Both the position numbers and the translations under genes were made by a program. From Myxococcales bacterium (GTDB lineage: Bacteria > Myxococcota_A > Polyangia > Fen-1088), in contig JANPFD010000239.1 in the NCBI GenBank assembly GCA_031423255.1, positions 1 through 27,873 on the forward strand: a stretch of 27,873 nucleotides of DNA, read 5' to 3'. This document shows, piece after piece, positions 1 through 5,547 of this stretch. The notes under the pieces were generated by a model, which was not told the DNA's origin, made no database searches, and worked only from the letters and a program-made list of their open reading frames with translations. Numbering within the stretch: the first letter of the stretch is position 1; each line of letters starts with the position of its first letter.

Positions 1-2
1 GC

Positions 3-139
3 GTTCACGATGGCCGATCTAGCCGTTCACGATGCGCCGATCCCGGCGTTCATGATCGACCGATCCGCGCGTTCACCATGCACCGATCCCGGCGTTCACG
101 ATGGACCGATCCCCGCGTTCACCATGCGCCGAAATCCGC
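3..139. repeat. tandem direct repeats, ~5.5 copies of a 23-bp unit (consensus GTTCAcgATGgnCCGATCCcgGC); may extend left of window
   Basis: Seen directly. Units start at 3, 25, 48, 71, 94 and 117; each keeps GTTCA...CCGATCC. No intervening unique spacers. Confidence 0.8.
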
Positions 140-425
140 ACCCGAACGTGGGTGGCACGCCATCCGGCACACCTATGCTTCCCATGCAGCGCGCTTCGGG
201 GTGAACCCGTGGCGGCTTCAGGCGTGGCTGGGGCACTCGACCATCGGGATGACCCTGCGCTACGTCCATCAGGTCGAGGAGCACAAGCGACCCATCCCGG
301 AGGAAGTCGTCGCAGCAGGGGCGGGGGCCAGCGGCCCGGACGAACGTGTGGTGCTGATGCTCGGGGCCCGCTACCGAGTAGTCCGTGCAAACGTCGTGCA
401 AACGTCGCCCCTGGCCGTTGTCTGA
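3..425 (+). pseudogene. tyrosine recombinase/integrase C-terminal remnant (catalytic box II + Tyr region only); 5' part replaced by tandem repeats, window-truncated
   Basis: The open frame-3 translation ends ...GWHAIRHTYASHAARFGVNPWRLQAWLGHSTIGMTLRYVHQVEE. That is the HxxRHT box II plus the LGH...Y nucleophile motif of tyrosine recombinases. The ~50 codons upstream in the same frame are encoded by the 23-bp repeats and show no recombinase similarity. Confidence 0.55.
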
Positions 426-632
426 TCGTAGTAAAAATCGATACTTAAGGTGTAGGCGGGACAGGGATTGAACTTGACCGAGAGAAACCGCAAAAAATAG
501 GTGCGGCGCGGATTTGCAAAGCATCTCGGCAAGTTCAGTCCCTGGTCCCTTCCGTCGCGTTCCGTCCAGAACCACCCAGAGAAGTGTTCCGTGGCAACAC
601 GGTGGCAACAGAAACGGTGCTGGGACTACGGT

Positions 633-1037
633 CTACCAGGTCACGACGGTGAGACCGGGGATCTTCAGAAAGTCCCTTTGGTTGCGAGTGACCACGTCGA
701 ACCCTCGTGACAACGCGGTACACGCGATCGCCAGGTCGTCCCTGGGAACAACGATGCCCTTCGCCTGCAACTCGGCGTCTACCCGGGCGCGCACGCGAGC
801 GGCGGCCAGGTCAAAGTCGATGATCGGTATCGCCGAGAGGAACCCTTCCACGATCTCTTCTCGTCGCTTCCGCCGCTCAGGCGTGTCTGCGCGATACACG
901 CCGTGAAGCAACTCAGCCGCTGTCACCGAAGCCATTGCGAAGCCGGCGTCAGGGGTGATGAGCCGGCGGGCATCATCGGACGCCAATGCGCCGCGCTCGG
1001 CGGCGATGAAGATGCTGGAATCGATCAGCGATCCCAC
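633..1037 (-). CDS. vapC: PIN-domain toxin, VapC family (type II TA)
   Basis: 134 aa. The N-terminus MGSLIDSSIFIAAERG (acidic residue in the first strand) and overall PIN-like composition fit VapC. The start overlaps the upstream small ORF by 13 nt. Confidence 0.6.
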   Translation of the reverse strand: MGSLIDSSIFIAAERGALASDDARRLITPDAGFAMASVTAAELLHGVYRADTPERRKRREEIVEGFLSAIPIIDFDLAAARVRARVDAELQAKGIVVPRDDLAIACTALSRGFDVVTRNQRDFLKIPGLTVVTW

Positions 1038-1252
1038 GGAGACGCCGGAGCTTCCGGGGCTGCCCTGCTCGCGCTCACGCCCGCCTCGATGTCGTCGGCG
1101 AGTCCCTCGTCCTTGGGCAGGCGAGTCAGCAGGGTGAGCAAAGCGTCGGCCGGGAGCAGCTTGGGGTCATGCAACAGAGCATCCGCCAGGTCTGCGCGCT
1201 CGTCTGGAGTCAGACCATCGAGGAGTTTGTGGACGCGCGAGCTGCGAGCCAT
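1025..1252 (-). CDS. small antitoxin-like protein (addiction-module component, TIGR02574-like motif LTPDERADLADALLHD)
   Basis: 75 aa from an internal ATG at 1252 (the longer ORF reaches 1330). It lies immediately upstream of vapC and overlaps it. The LTPDER..L..AL motif is typical of the putative addiction-module component family. Confidence 0.45.
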   Translation of the reverse strand: MARSSRVHKLLDGLTPDERADLADALLHDPKLLPADALLTLLTRLPKDEGLADDIEAGVSASRAAPEAPASPWDR

Positions 1253-1482
1253 GACCTTTTTGATTTTGCCCCAGATTCGACCGAAAGACACGTCCTCGGC
1301 GGGAATCCAGGGCCTTGCTCCGCGCTGCACTGTCGTCGTCGGACGTCTTCGTCGAACGTGACGCGCTGCCCAGCGTGCACCACTTGAGCATGCACACGGC
1401 AGCGCACCGCCGCCAGGCTTTGCCTGCGGCAGCTCATCGCGGGGGGCGACGGGGACTCTTGTCAGGGTCCCCGTCCCGATTG

Positions 1483-1554
1483 TGGAGCGACGCGGACTCG
1501 AACCGCGATCTCAGCCGTGCGAGAGCTGTGTCCTCCCAGTTGGACGATCACCCC
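1483..1554 (-). tRNA. tRNA-Ala (anticodon CGC)
   Basis: Hand-folded cloverleaf on the minus strand. Acceptor GGGGTGA/TCGCTCC with a G3:U70 wobble (Ala identity). T-arm CGCGG-TTCGAGT-CCGCG. Anticodon loop CTCGCAC. A73, no encoded CCA. Confidence 0.65.
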
Positions 1555-1606
1555 GGAATCAAGGCACCGGAGCCCCTCCCCCGGTCGTGCCGAGGGAGGG
1601 GCCTGG

Positions 1607-2128
1607 TCACTGCTGCAGAGATCCGCTCCAGTAGGCCGTCCATTCGGTCGGCATTCTCGAGGGATCCATGGCGACGGTCAGCGTGGGCAGCCACCGCGGC
1701 TTCGTCGGATTGCGCAGGAGACGCATCCTCGCCTGCGACGGGGTGCGGTTCGCCTTGGTGGCGTTGCACGGTACGCAGCAGGTCACGATGTTCTCCCAGG
1801 TTGTGCGGCCACCGGCCGCGCGCGGCAGAACGTGGTCGAAGGTCAGGTCCTCCGACGGAAGGCGCTGGCCGCAGTACTGGCAGATGAAGGCATCGCGGGC
1901 GTAGATGTTGAGGCGCGAGAACCTGATCGCCACCTTGTCGCGGCGGAAGCGACGGAGCACGCGCACGACCGCCGGCATCGGGTAGTCGCGCGCGACGCCC
2001 CTGATGGTGCGGTCGCGGCTGTACTCGAGCACCTCGGCCTTGCCGAGGAAGACGTCCACCACGGCCCGCGTCCACGGCTCGATACGCAATGGCCGGTAGT
2101 CCACATCGAGAAACAAAACAGCGGTCAT
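1607..2128 (-). CDS. HNH endonuclease
   Basis: 173 aa with CQYCGQ...DHVLPRAAGG...WENIVTCCVPCNATK (C-x2-C, His-Val, Asn, C-x2-C-N-x-K HNH signature). A strong RBS (AGGAGG, 2136-2141, about 8 nt upstream of the ATG) and two GC hairpins precede it on the minus strand. It is embedded between tRNA genes of the array. Confidence 0.8.
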   Translation of the reverse strand: MTAVLFLDVDYRPLRIEPWTRAVVDVFLGKAEVLEYSRDRTIRGVARDYPMPAVVRVLRRFRRDKVAIRFSRLNIYARDAFICQYCGQRLPSEDLTFDHVLPRAAGGRTTWENIVTCCVPCNATKANRTPSQARMRLLRNPTKPRWLPTLTVAMDPSRMPTEWTAYWSGSLQQ

Positions 2129-2229
2129 GGTGTCTCCTCCTTTCTTTTTTGTCGGGGGGCGCGTCGGACGCGCCCCCCGCGCCCCCGGCTCGCTTCGGCG
2201 GGCAAAGCCCGCCTGCGCGAGCTTTTTTG

Positions 2230-2303
2230 TGGGTCCGGATGGATTCGAACCATCACCTTTCCGGGTTTGAGCCGGCTGCGTCTTCCGGTTGCGCCACGGA
2301 CCC
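2230..2303 (-). tRNA. tRNA with Leu anticodon CAA but class-I (short variable arm) structure
   Basis: Acceptor GGGTCCG/CGGACCC, A73. T-arm GATGG-TTCGAAT-CCATC. Anticodon arm CCGG-CTCAAAC-CCGG. Variable region only ~5 nt. Confidence 0.5.
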
Positions 2304-2315
2304 GTCAGTCGTGCG

Positions 2316-2393
2316 TGGTACCTGGGGAGGGATTCGAACCCTCACTGGACACGTTCTGAGCGTGCTGCCTCTTCCAAGTTGGGCTACCCAGGC
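2316..2393 (-). tRNA. tRNA with Leu anticodon CAG, class-I structure, CCA encoded
   Basis: Acceptor GCCTGGG/CCCAGGT (G1:U72), A73 then CCA. T-arm GAGGG-TTCGAAT-CCCTC. Anticodon arm GCACG-CTCAGAA-CGTGT. Variable ~5 nt. Confidence 0.5.
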
Positions 2394-2398
2394 GTCTG

Positions 2399-2472
2399 TG
2401 GACACGGTCAGATTCGAACTGACACTGCCGACGTTCTCGACGTCGTTCCTCTGCCTGTTGGGATACGTGTCC
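2399..2472 (-). tRNA. tRNA with Leu anticodon GAG, class-I structure (C33)
   Basis: Acceptor GGACACG/CGTGTCC, A73. T-arm GTCAG-TTCGAAT-CTGAC. Anticodon arm CGACG-TCGAGAA-CGTCG. Confidence 0.45.
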
Positions 2473-2479
2473 GTGAACG

Positions 2480-2551
2480 TCCTGGCGTCGGGGATCGAAC
2501 CCGAGCCGTCCGCTTATAAAGCGGCCGCTCGCACCAGCGAGCCTCGCCAGG
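2480..2551 (-). tRNA. tRNA with anticodon UAU (Ile-like)
   Basis: Acceptor CCTGGCG/CGCCAGG, A73. D-stem GCTC/GAGC. Anticodon CCGC-TTTATAA-GCGG. T-arm TCGGG-TTCGATC-CCCGA. Confidence 0.5.
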
Positions 2552-2555
2552 CCAG

Positions 2556-2627
2556 CGGTCCCGACGAGGATCGAACTCGCCTATTCCGGTCGACAGCCGG
2601 ACATCCTCACCAGAGGATTACGGGACC
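2556..2627 (-). tRNA. tRNA-Asp (GUC)
   Basis: Acceptor GGTCCCG/CGGGACC, G73. D-stem ATCC/GGAT. Anticodon TCCGG-CTGTCGA-CCGGA. T-arm GCGAG-TTCGATC-CTCGT. Confidence 0.7.
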
Positions 2628-2656
2628 AATCGCGTGGGCAGCGCCCATCAAGGTTG

Positions 2657-2727
2657 TCGGAGCTGACGGAATCGAACCGTCCTCTACGGTGTGTAGGACC
2701 GCGGCCCAACCACTGGACCAAGCTCCG
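2657..2727 (-). tRNA. tRNA-Val (UAC), C33
   Basis: Acceptor CGGAGCT/AGCTCCG, A73. Anticodon GCGGT-CCTACAC-ACCGT. T-arm GACGG-TTCGATT-CCGTC. Confidence 0.55.
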
Positions 2728-2728
2728 G

Positions 2729-2800
2729 TGCGCGCGGGAGGGGTTGAACCTCCGCTCTCCAGCATGTCGGGCTGGCGTCTTTCCGTTCGACCACGCGCGC
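2729..2800 (-). tRNA. tRNA-Val (GAC), C33
   Basis: Acceptor GCGCGCG/CGCGCGC, A73. Anticodon CCAGC-CCGACAT-GCTGG. T-arm GGAGG-TTCAACC-CCTCC. Confidence 0.55.
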
Positions 2801-2801
2801 A

Positions 2802-2871
2802 TACCGGCGGACGGATTCGAACCGTCCCGCACGACCTTATGGGGGTCGCCTGCTCGCCCGAGCTCGCCGGC
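2802..2871 (-). tRNA. tRNA-Met-like (CAU), C33, truncated D-arm
   Basis: Acceptor GCCGGCG/CGCCGGT. Anticodon CGACC-CCCATAA-GGTCG. T-arm GACGG-TTCGAAT-CCGTC. Only ~16 nt between acceptor and anticodon stems. Confidence 0.45.
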
Positions 2872-2875
2872 GTGG

Positions 2876-2947
2876 CGCCCACGGAAGGAGTCGAACCTTC
2901 GCGACCAACGTTCGTAGCGTCGGCGCCGAATCTCCGTCGGCGTGGGC
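2876..2947 (-). tRNA. tRNA-Arg (ACG)
   Basis: Acceptor GCCCACG/CGTGGGC, G73. Anticodon CGACG-CTACGAA-CGTTG. T-arm GAAGG-TTCGACT-CCTTC. Confidence 0.65.
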
Positions 2948-2948
2948 C

Positions 2949-3024
2949 TGGTGTCCGATGCGGGCCTCGAACCCGCGCCTCCGCATTGAAAGAGCGGCAG
3001 CCTCGCCTGCTAGCCCAATCGGAC
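2949..3024 (-). tRNA. tRNA-Glu (UUC), CCA encoded
   Basis: Acceptor GTCCGAT/ATCGGAC, A73 + CCA. Anticodon CCGC(T)-CTTTCAA-(T)GCGG. T-arm GCGGG-TTCGAGG-CCCGC. Confidence 0.55.
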
Positions 3025-3041
3025 AGTCATTGGTGTCGGCA

Positions 3042-3116
3042 TGGTGACCCCAGCGGGTATCGATCCCGCTTCTGCACCTTGAGAGGGTGCCGACCTAGCC
3101 AGTAGTCGATGGGGCC
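3042..3116 (-). tRNA. tRNA-Glu (CUC), CCA encoded
   Basis: Acceptor GGCCCCA/TGGGGTC, A73 + CCA. Anticodon GCACC-CTCTCAA-GGTGC. T-arm GCGGG-ATCGATA-CCCGC. Confidence 0.6.
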
Positions 3117-3121
3117 CTGTG

Positions 3122-3196
3122 CCTCCTCGGCCGGACTCGAACCGGCAACCTCTCGCTTCGGAGGCGAGCGTGGTCATCCATTTCCACCACGAGGAG
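3122..3196 (-). tRNA. tRNA-Arg (CCG)
   Basis: Acceptor CTCCTCG/CGAGGAG, G73. D-stem GTGG/CCAC. Anticodon CTCGC-CTCCGAA-GCGAG. T-arm GCCGG-TTCGAGT-CCGGC. Confidence 0.7.
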
Positions 3197-3201
3197 AGAA
3201 G

Positions 3202-3272
3202 AGCGCGTGGCCGGAGTCGAACCGGCAGGGACGAGATTAGAAGGCTCGCTGGCATCCAGTTGCCGCACGCGC
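3202..3272 (-). tRNA. tRNA-Arg-like (UCU), enlarged 9-nt anticodon loop
   Basis: Acceptor GCGCGTG/CACGCGC. Anticodon region GCGAG-CCTTCTAAT-CTCGT. T-arm GCCGG-TTCGACT-CCGGC. Confidence 0.45.
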
Positions 3273-3276
3273 GCTG

Positions 3277-3348
3277 CTGTGGGAGTTGGATTCGAACCAA
3301 CGGCTTCTCGCTTAACAGGCGAGCCGATTTCCGCTCTCGCATCCCACA
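3277..3348 (-). tRNA. tRNA-Asn (GUU)
   Basis: Acceptor TGTGGGA/TCCCACA, G73. Anticodon CTCGC-CTGTTAA-GCGAG. T-arm GTTGG-TTCGAAT-CCAAC. Confidence 0.65.
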
Positions 3349-3353
3349 AGAAG

Positions 3354-3427
3354 AGCCCCTCGACCGACTTGCACGGTCCCTGTTCCCGGGTACAGGCCGG
3401 GTGCTGCGCTCTCTCAGCATGAAGGGC
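3354..3427 (-). tRNA. tRNA-Thr (UGU), C33, variant T-loop TGCAAGT
   Basis: Acceptor GCCCTTC/GAGGGGC, U73. D-stem GCTG/CAGC. Anticodon CCCGG-CCTGTAC-CCGGG. T-arm GACCG-TGCAAGT-CGGTC. Confidence 0.5.
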
Positions 3428-3429
3428 GG

Positions 3430-3500
3430 TAGCGGCGGCCAGAGTTGCACTGGCTTCCTCCGGGTTATGAGCCCGGCGTGCTCTCCCACACTTCGCCGCA
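3430..3500 (-). tRNA. initiator-like tRNA-Met (CAU): three G:C in anticodon stem and a 1:72 mismatch
   Basis: Acceptor TGCGGCG/CGCCGCT with an unpaired position 1:72. Anticodon stem CCGGG/CCCGG (G29-31:C39-41), loop CTCATAA. T-arm GCCAG-TGCAACT-CTGGC. Confidence 0.5.
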
Positions 3501-3501
3501 G

Positions 3502-3573
3502 AGCCCACGGGCCGAATCGAACGGCCTTCTCCCGGTTACGGGCCGGGCGCGTCACCATGTACGCTTCGCGGGC
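3502..3573 (-). tRNA. tRNA-Thr (CGU), C33
   Basis: Acceptor GCCCGCG/CGTGGGC, U73. D-stem GCGT/ACGC. Anticodon CCCGG-CCCGTAA-CCGGG. T-arm GGCCG-TTCGATT-CGGCC. Confidence 0.55.
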
Positions 3574-3661
3574 ACGAACTCGGTCGCCGTGCACACCCGG
3601 GTGAAATTCAGCCGCACGAGCGGCTGGAGGAACCGGGCGCCACGACGACCTTCTGGTCTTG

Positions 3662-3732
3662 AGCACCATGCGTGAATCGAACACGCGTCTCTTGCTTGGA
3701 AGGCAAGGGCCTAACCATTCGGCCAACGGTGC
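3662..3732 (-). tRNA. tRNA-Gly (UCC)
   Basis: Acceptor GCACCGT/ATGGTGC, U73 (Gly identity). Anticodon CTTGC-CTTCCAA-GCAAG. T-arm GCGTG-TTCGATT-CACGC. Confidence 0.7.
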
Positions 3733-3816
3733 GCGTCGGGCGCAGGCGAGCTGCGCTCACCGGAGCCCATCGCGGGGGGCGCGGGACCCTTGAGGGTCCC
3801 GAAGTAAATGAATGTG

Positions 3817-3888
3817 AGCGCCCGGCGGGACTCGAACCCGCTCCTTCTGACTGGCGGTCAGACATGCAGCCATGAACACTTCGGGCAC
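3817..3888 (-). tRNA. tRNA-Gly (GCC), C33
   Basis: Acceptor GTGCCCG/CGGGCGC, U73. Anticodon TCTGA-CCGCCAG-TCAGA. T-arm GCGGG-TTCGAGT-CCCGC. Confidence 0.55.
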
Positions 3889-3977
3889 GAACTTCTGACG
3901 AGCTCAGGCGGGCTTCGCCCGCCGGAGCTCGTCGTCGGAGGGCACGGGAACTCCTCTCAGGGTTCCCGACAAGGCGG

Positions 3978-4048
3978 AGACGAGAGAGGGACTCGCACCC
4001 TCATGACGGGTTTTGCAGACCCGCGCCTATCTCTTCGGCCATCTCGTC
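3978..4048 (-). tRNA. tRNA-Cys (GCA), variant T-loop TGCGAGT
   Basis: Acceptor GACGAGA/TCTCGTC, U73 (Cys identity). Anticodon CGGGT-CTGCAAA-ACCCG. T-arm GAGGG-TGCGAGT-CCCTC. Confidence 0.6.
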
Positions 4049-4050
4049 AC

Positions 4051-4136
4051 TGGAGGAGAGCGGAGATCCTGCCTCCCACACCCGAAGGTGCCACCCGGGT
4101 AGCATCCGGTGCCGGGCCTCGCCCGGTTCGCTCTCC
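4051..4136 (-). tRNA. tRNA-Ser (GCU), class II, CCA encoded
   Basis: 86 nt. Acceptor GGAGAGC/GCTCTCC then U + CCA. Anticodon CCGG-ATGCTAC-CCGG. Long variable arm CACC-TTCG-GGTG. T-arm GGAG-GCAGGAT-CTCC (variant loop). Confidence 0.55.
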
Positions 4137-4137
4137 A

Positions 4138-4225
4138 TGGCTGGGAGTGAAGGATTCGAACCCTCAGGACGTTAACCCTGGCCAGGTTTTCGAGACCTGT
4201 TAGGCGCCATTGCCTGCCACTCCCA
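4138..4225 (-). tRNA. tRNA-Ser (CGA), class II, CCA encoded
   Basis: 88 nt. Acceptor TGGGAGT/ACTCCCA, G73 + CCA. Anticodon CAGGT-CTCGAAA-ACCTG. Long variable arm. T-arm GAGGG-TTCGAAT-CCTTC (one mismatch). Confidence 0.6.
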
Positions 4226-4230
4226 AGACG

Positions 4231-4297
4231 CGGGCAACCGAGGAATCGAACCTCACTGGCGGGTTTTGGAGACCCACGTGATCCCAGATCGTCGCCC
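4231..4297 (-). tRNA. tRNA-Trp-like (CCA anticodon), miniature D-arm (67 nt)
   Basis: Acceptor GGGCGAC/GTTGCCC, G73. Anticodon TGGGT-CTCCAAA-ACCCG. T-arm TGAGG-TTCGATT-CCTCG. The D region is only GATC-TGG-GATC. Confidence 0.5.
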
Positions 4298-4305
4298 ATC
4301 GGCGC

Positions 4306-4377
4306 TGGTGGAGGCGGAGGGTAACGCTCCCTCCTGACCTGCTTGCAAGGCAGGGTCACAGCCTTCTGTACGCCCCC
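4306..4377 (-). tRNA. tRNA-Ala-like (UGC), G3:U70, CCA encoded, miniature D-arm, variant T-loop
   Basis: Acceptor GGGGGCG/CGCCTCC (G3:U70), A73 + CCA. Anticodon CCTGC-CTTGCAA-GCAGG. T-arm GAGGG-AGCGTTA-CCCTC. D region CAG-AAGG-CTG. Confidence 0.5.
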
Positions 4378-4381
4378 AGGG

Positions 4382-4453
4382 TCAGCGTGGGGTGAATCGA
4401 ACACCCATGATCTCGGTTCCAGGCCGAGTGACCAGCCATTGGCCCACACGCTG
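4382..4453 (-). tRNA. tRNA-Pro (UGG), C33
   Basis: Acceptor CAGCGTG/CACGCTG, A73. D-stem GGCC/GGTC. Anticodon CTCGG-CCTGGAA-CCGAG. T-arm GGGTG-TTCGATT-CACCC. Confidence 0.6.
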
Positions 4454-4460
4454 ATGGTTG

Positions 4461-4533
4461 GGTGACCGCCCGGTATCGATCCGGGACCTTCTCGTTCACA
4501 GCGAGACGTGCAGAGCCACTACACCACGGCCAC
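4461..4533 (-). tRNA. tRNA-His (GUG)
   Basis: Acceptor GTGGCCG/CGGTCAC, C73 (His identity). D-stem GTGT/GCAC. Anticodon TCTCG-CTGTGAA-CGAGA. T-arm CCCGG-ATCGATA-CCGGG. Confidence 0.65.
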
Positions 4534-4653
4534 CATCACAAACATCCACAAGAGACCCGACGGATGGGCGCGAGGGCCATCGTGGAGTTGTTCACCGCTC
4601 GGCACGTCACGGGATATCCGTGGCGTCCGCCGCGCTCTCCTTCCGTCGGTATC

Positions 4654-4728
4654 TGGTAGAGGCGCTGGGGATCGAACCCAGCCCTGCCGCTTATCGAGCG
4701 GCTGCACGTCCCATCGTGCTACGCCTCT
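4654..4728 (-). tRNA. tRNA-Ile (GAU), C33, CCA encoded
   Basis: Acceptor AGAGGCG/CGCCTCT, A73 + CCA. D-stem GCAC/GTGC. Anticodon GCCGC-TCGATAA-GCGGC. T-arm CTGGG-TTCGATC-CCCAG. Confidence 0.6.
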
Positions 4729-4738
4729 GTTTTGGATC

Positions 4739-4882
4739 GGAACCCTGAAAGGGTTCCGCACCTCCCGCGATAGGTGCGTCCGGGCAAAGCCCGTCCGCAC
4801 CTGCGCGTTGGACGCAAAACCCTGAGAGGGTTCCACACCTCCCGCGTAGGTGCATCTGGGCAAAGCCCGTCCGCACCTGCGG
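4739..4882. repeat. two tandem copies of a ~70-nt structured element (GGAACCCT-GAAAG-GGTTCC hairpin + GCACCT...AGGTGCG...GGGCAAAGCCC...CGCACCT), not tRNA-like
   Basis: Copy 1 is about 4739-4808 and copy 2 about 4818-4882, roughly 85% identical. Each has three stem-loops and an AGGTGCG segment that can pair with either an upstream or a downstream partner. Neither copy has a T-loop or an acceptor pairing. Confidence 0.6.
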
Positions 4883-5051
4883 GCGTTGGTCAGGGTGGCT
4901 GGAACTGCCCCAGCGACCTCCGGCTCCCGAAACCGGCGCTCATCTCACCGAGCTCCACCCTGATGTCGCGTCGGAGGAGGACGGGCTACGCCCGGACTCC
5001 TCCATCGCGGGAAGGGCTGGAAACCCTTTCAGGGGTTCCAGCCAAATGAAG

Positions 5052-5124
5052 TGCCCCCGTCTGGAATCGAACCAGCACCTTCCGCTCTTCAGGCGGACGC
5101 CATCACCAGATCGGCTACAAGGGC
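5052..5124 (-). tRNA. tRNA-Phe (GAA)
   Basis: Acceptor GCCCTTG/CGGGGGC (two G:U pairs), A73. Anticodon TCCGC-CTGAAGA-GCGGA. T-arm GCTGG-TTCGATT-CCAG(A). Confidence 0.6.
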
Positions 5125-5209
5125 ATCGTTGTGGCCGGGGTGGTGCCCGGCCACGGGCATCGTCATCTATTCGGTTGTCAGGGAGCGGGTCGATTGCTCG
5201 ACGAATCTG

Positions 5210-5280
5210 TTCGGGGACGAGGACTCGAACCTCGACATGCAGGGTCAAAGCCTGCCGGCCTGCCATTAGCCGATCCCCGA
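5210..5280 (-). tRNA. tRNA-Gln (UUG)
   Basis: Acceptor TCGGGGA/TCCCCGA. D-stem GGCT/GGCC. Anticodon GCAGG-CTTTGAC-CCTGC. T-arm CGAGG-TTCGAGT-CCTCG. Confidence 0.65.
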
Positions 5281-5304
5281 GTTCTTCTTCTGTTTGTCTT
5301 TGCG

Positions 5305-5375
5305 TTCCGGGACGAGGATTCGAACCTCGACACCTGCGTTCAGAGCGCAGGGGCCTGCCATTAGCCGATCCCGGA
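5305..5375 (-). tRNA. tRNA-Gln (CUG)
   Basis: Acceptor TCCGGGA/TCCCGGA. D-stem GGCT/GGCC. Anticodon CTGCG-CTCTGAA-CGCAG. T-arm CGAGG-TTCGAAT-CCTCG. A close paralog of the preceding Gln gene. Confidence 0.65.
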
Positions 5376-5380
5376 TCACG

Positions 5381-5452
5381 TGGGCCGCCAGGGACTCGAA
5401 CCCTGCTATCTCGATTAAGAGTCGAGTGCTTCGCCATCAAAGCTTGCAGCCC
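5381..5452 (-). tRNA. tRNA-Lys (CUU)
   Basis: Acceptor GGGCTGC/GCGGCCC, A73. D-stem GCTT/AAGC. Anticodon CTCGA-CTCTTAA-TCGAG. T-arm CAGGG-TTCGAGT-CCCTG. Confidence 0.7.
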
Positions 5453-5547
5453 GCTGTATTCGCGTGGGCGCAGCGGGGCGTTGCCACGCGGAGCCCGTTG
5501 CGGGAGGGTGCGGGAACCCTTTCAGGGATCCCGCCAAGATCGTTGGT

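Noticed and set aside
1-139. Could the 23-bp tandem repeats be a CRISPR array?
   Set aside because: The units are directly adjacent with no unique spacers, the unit is shorter than typical CRISPR repeats, and no cas genes are present. It is a plain tandem repeat.
1431-5530. Array hairpins as Rho-independent terminators
   Set aside because: None is followed by a U-tract on the minus (transcribed) strand. Only the hairpin at 5786-5819 has one, and it is annotated as a terminator.
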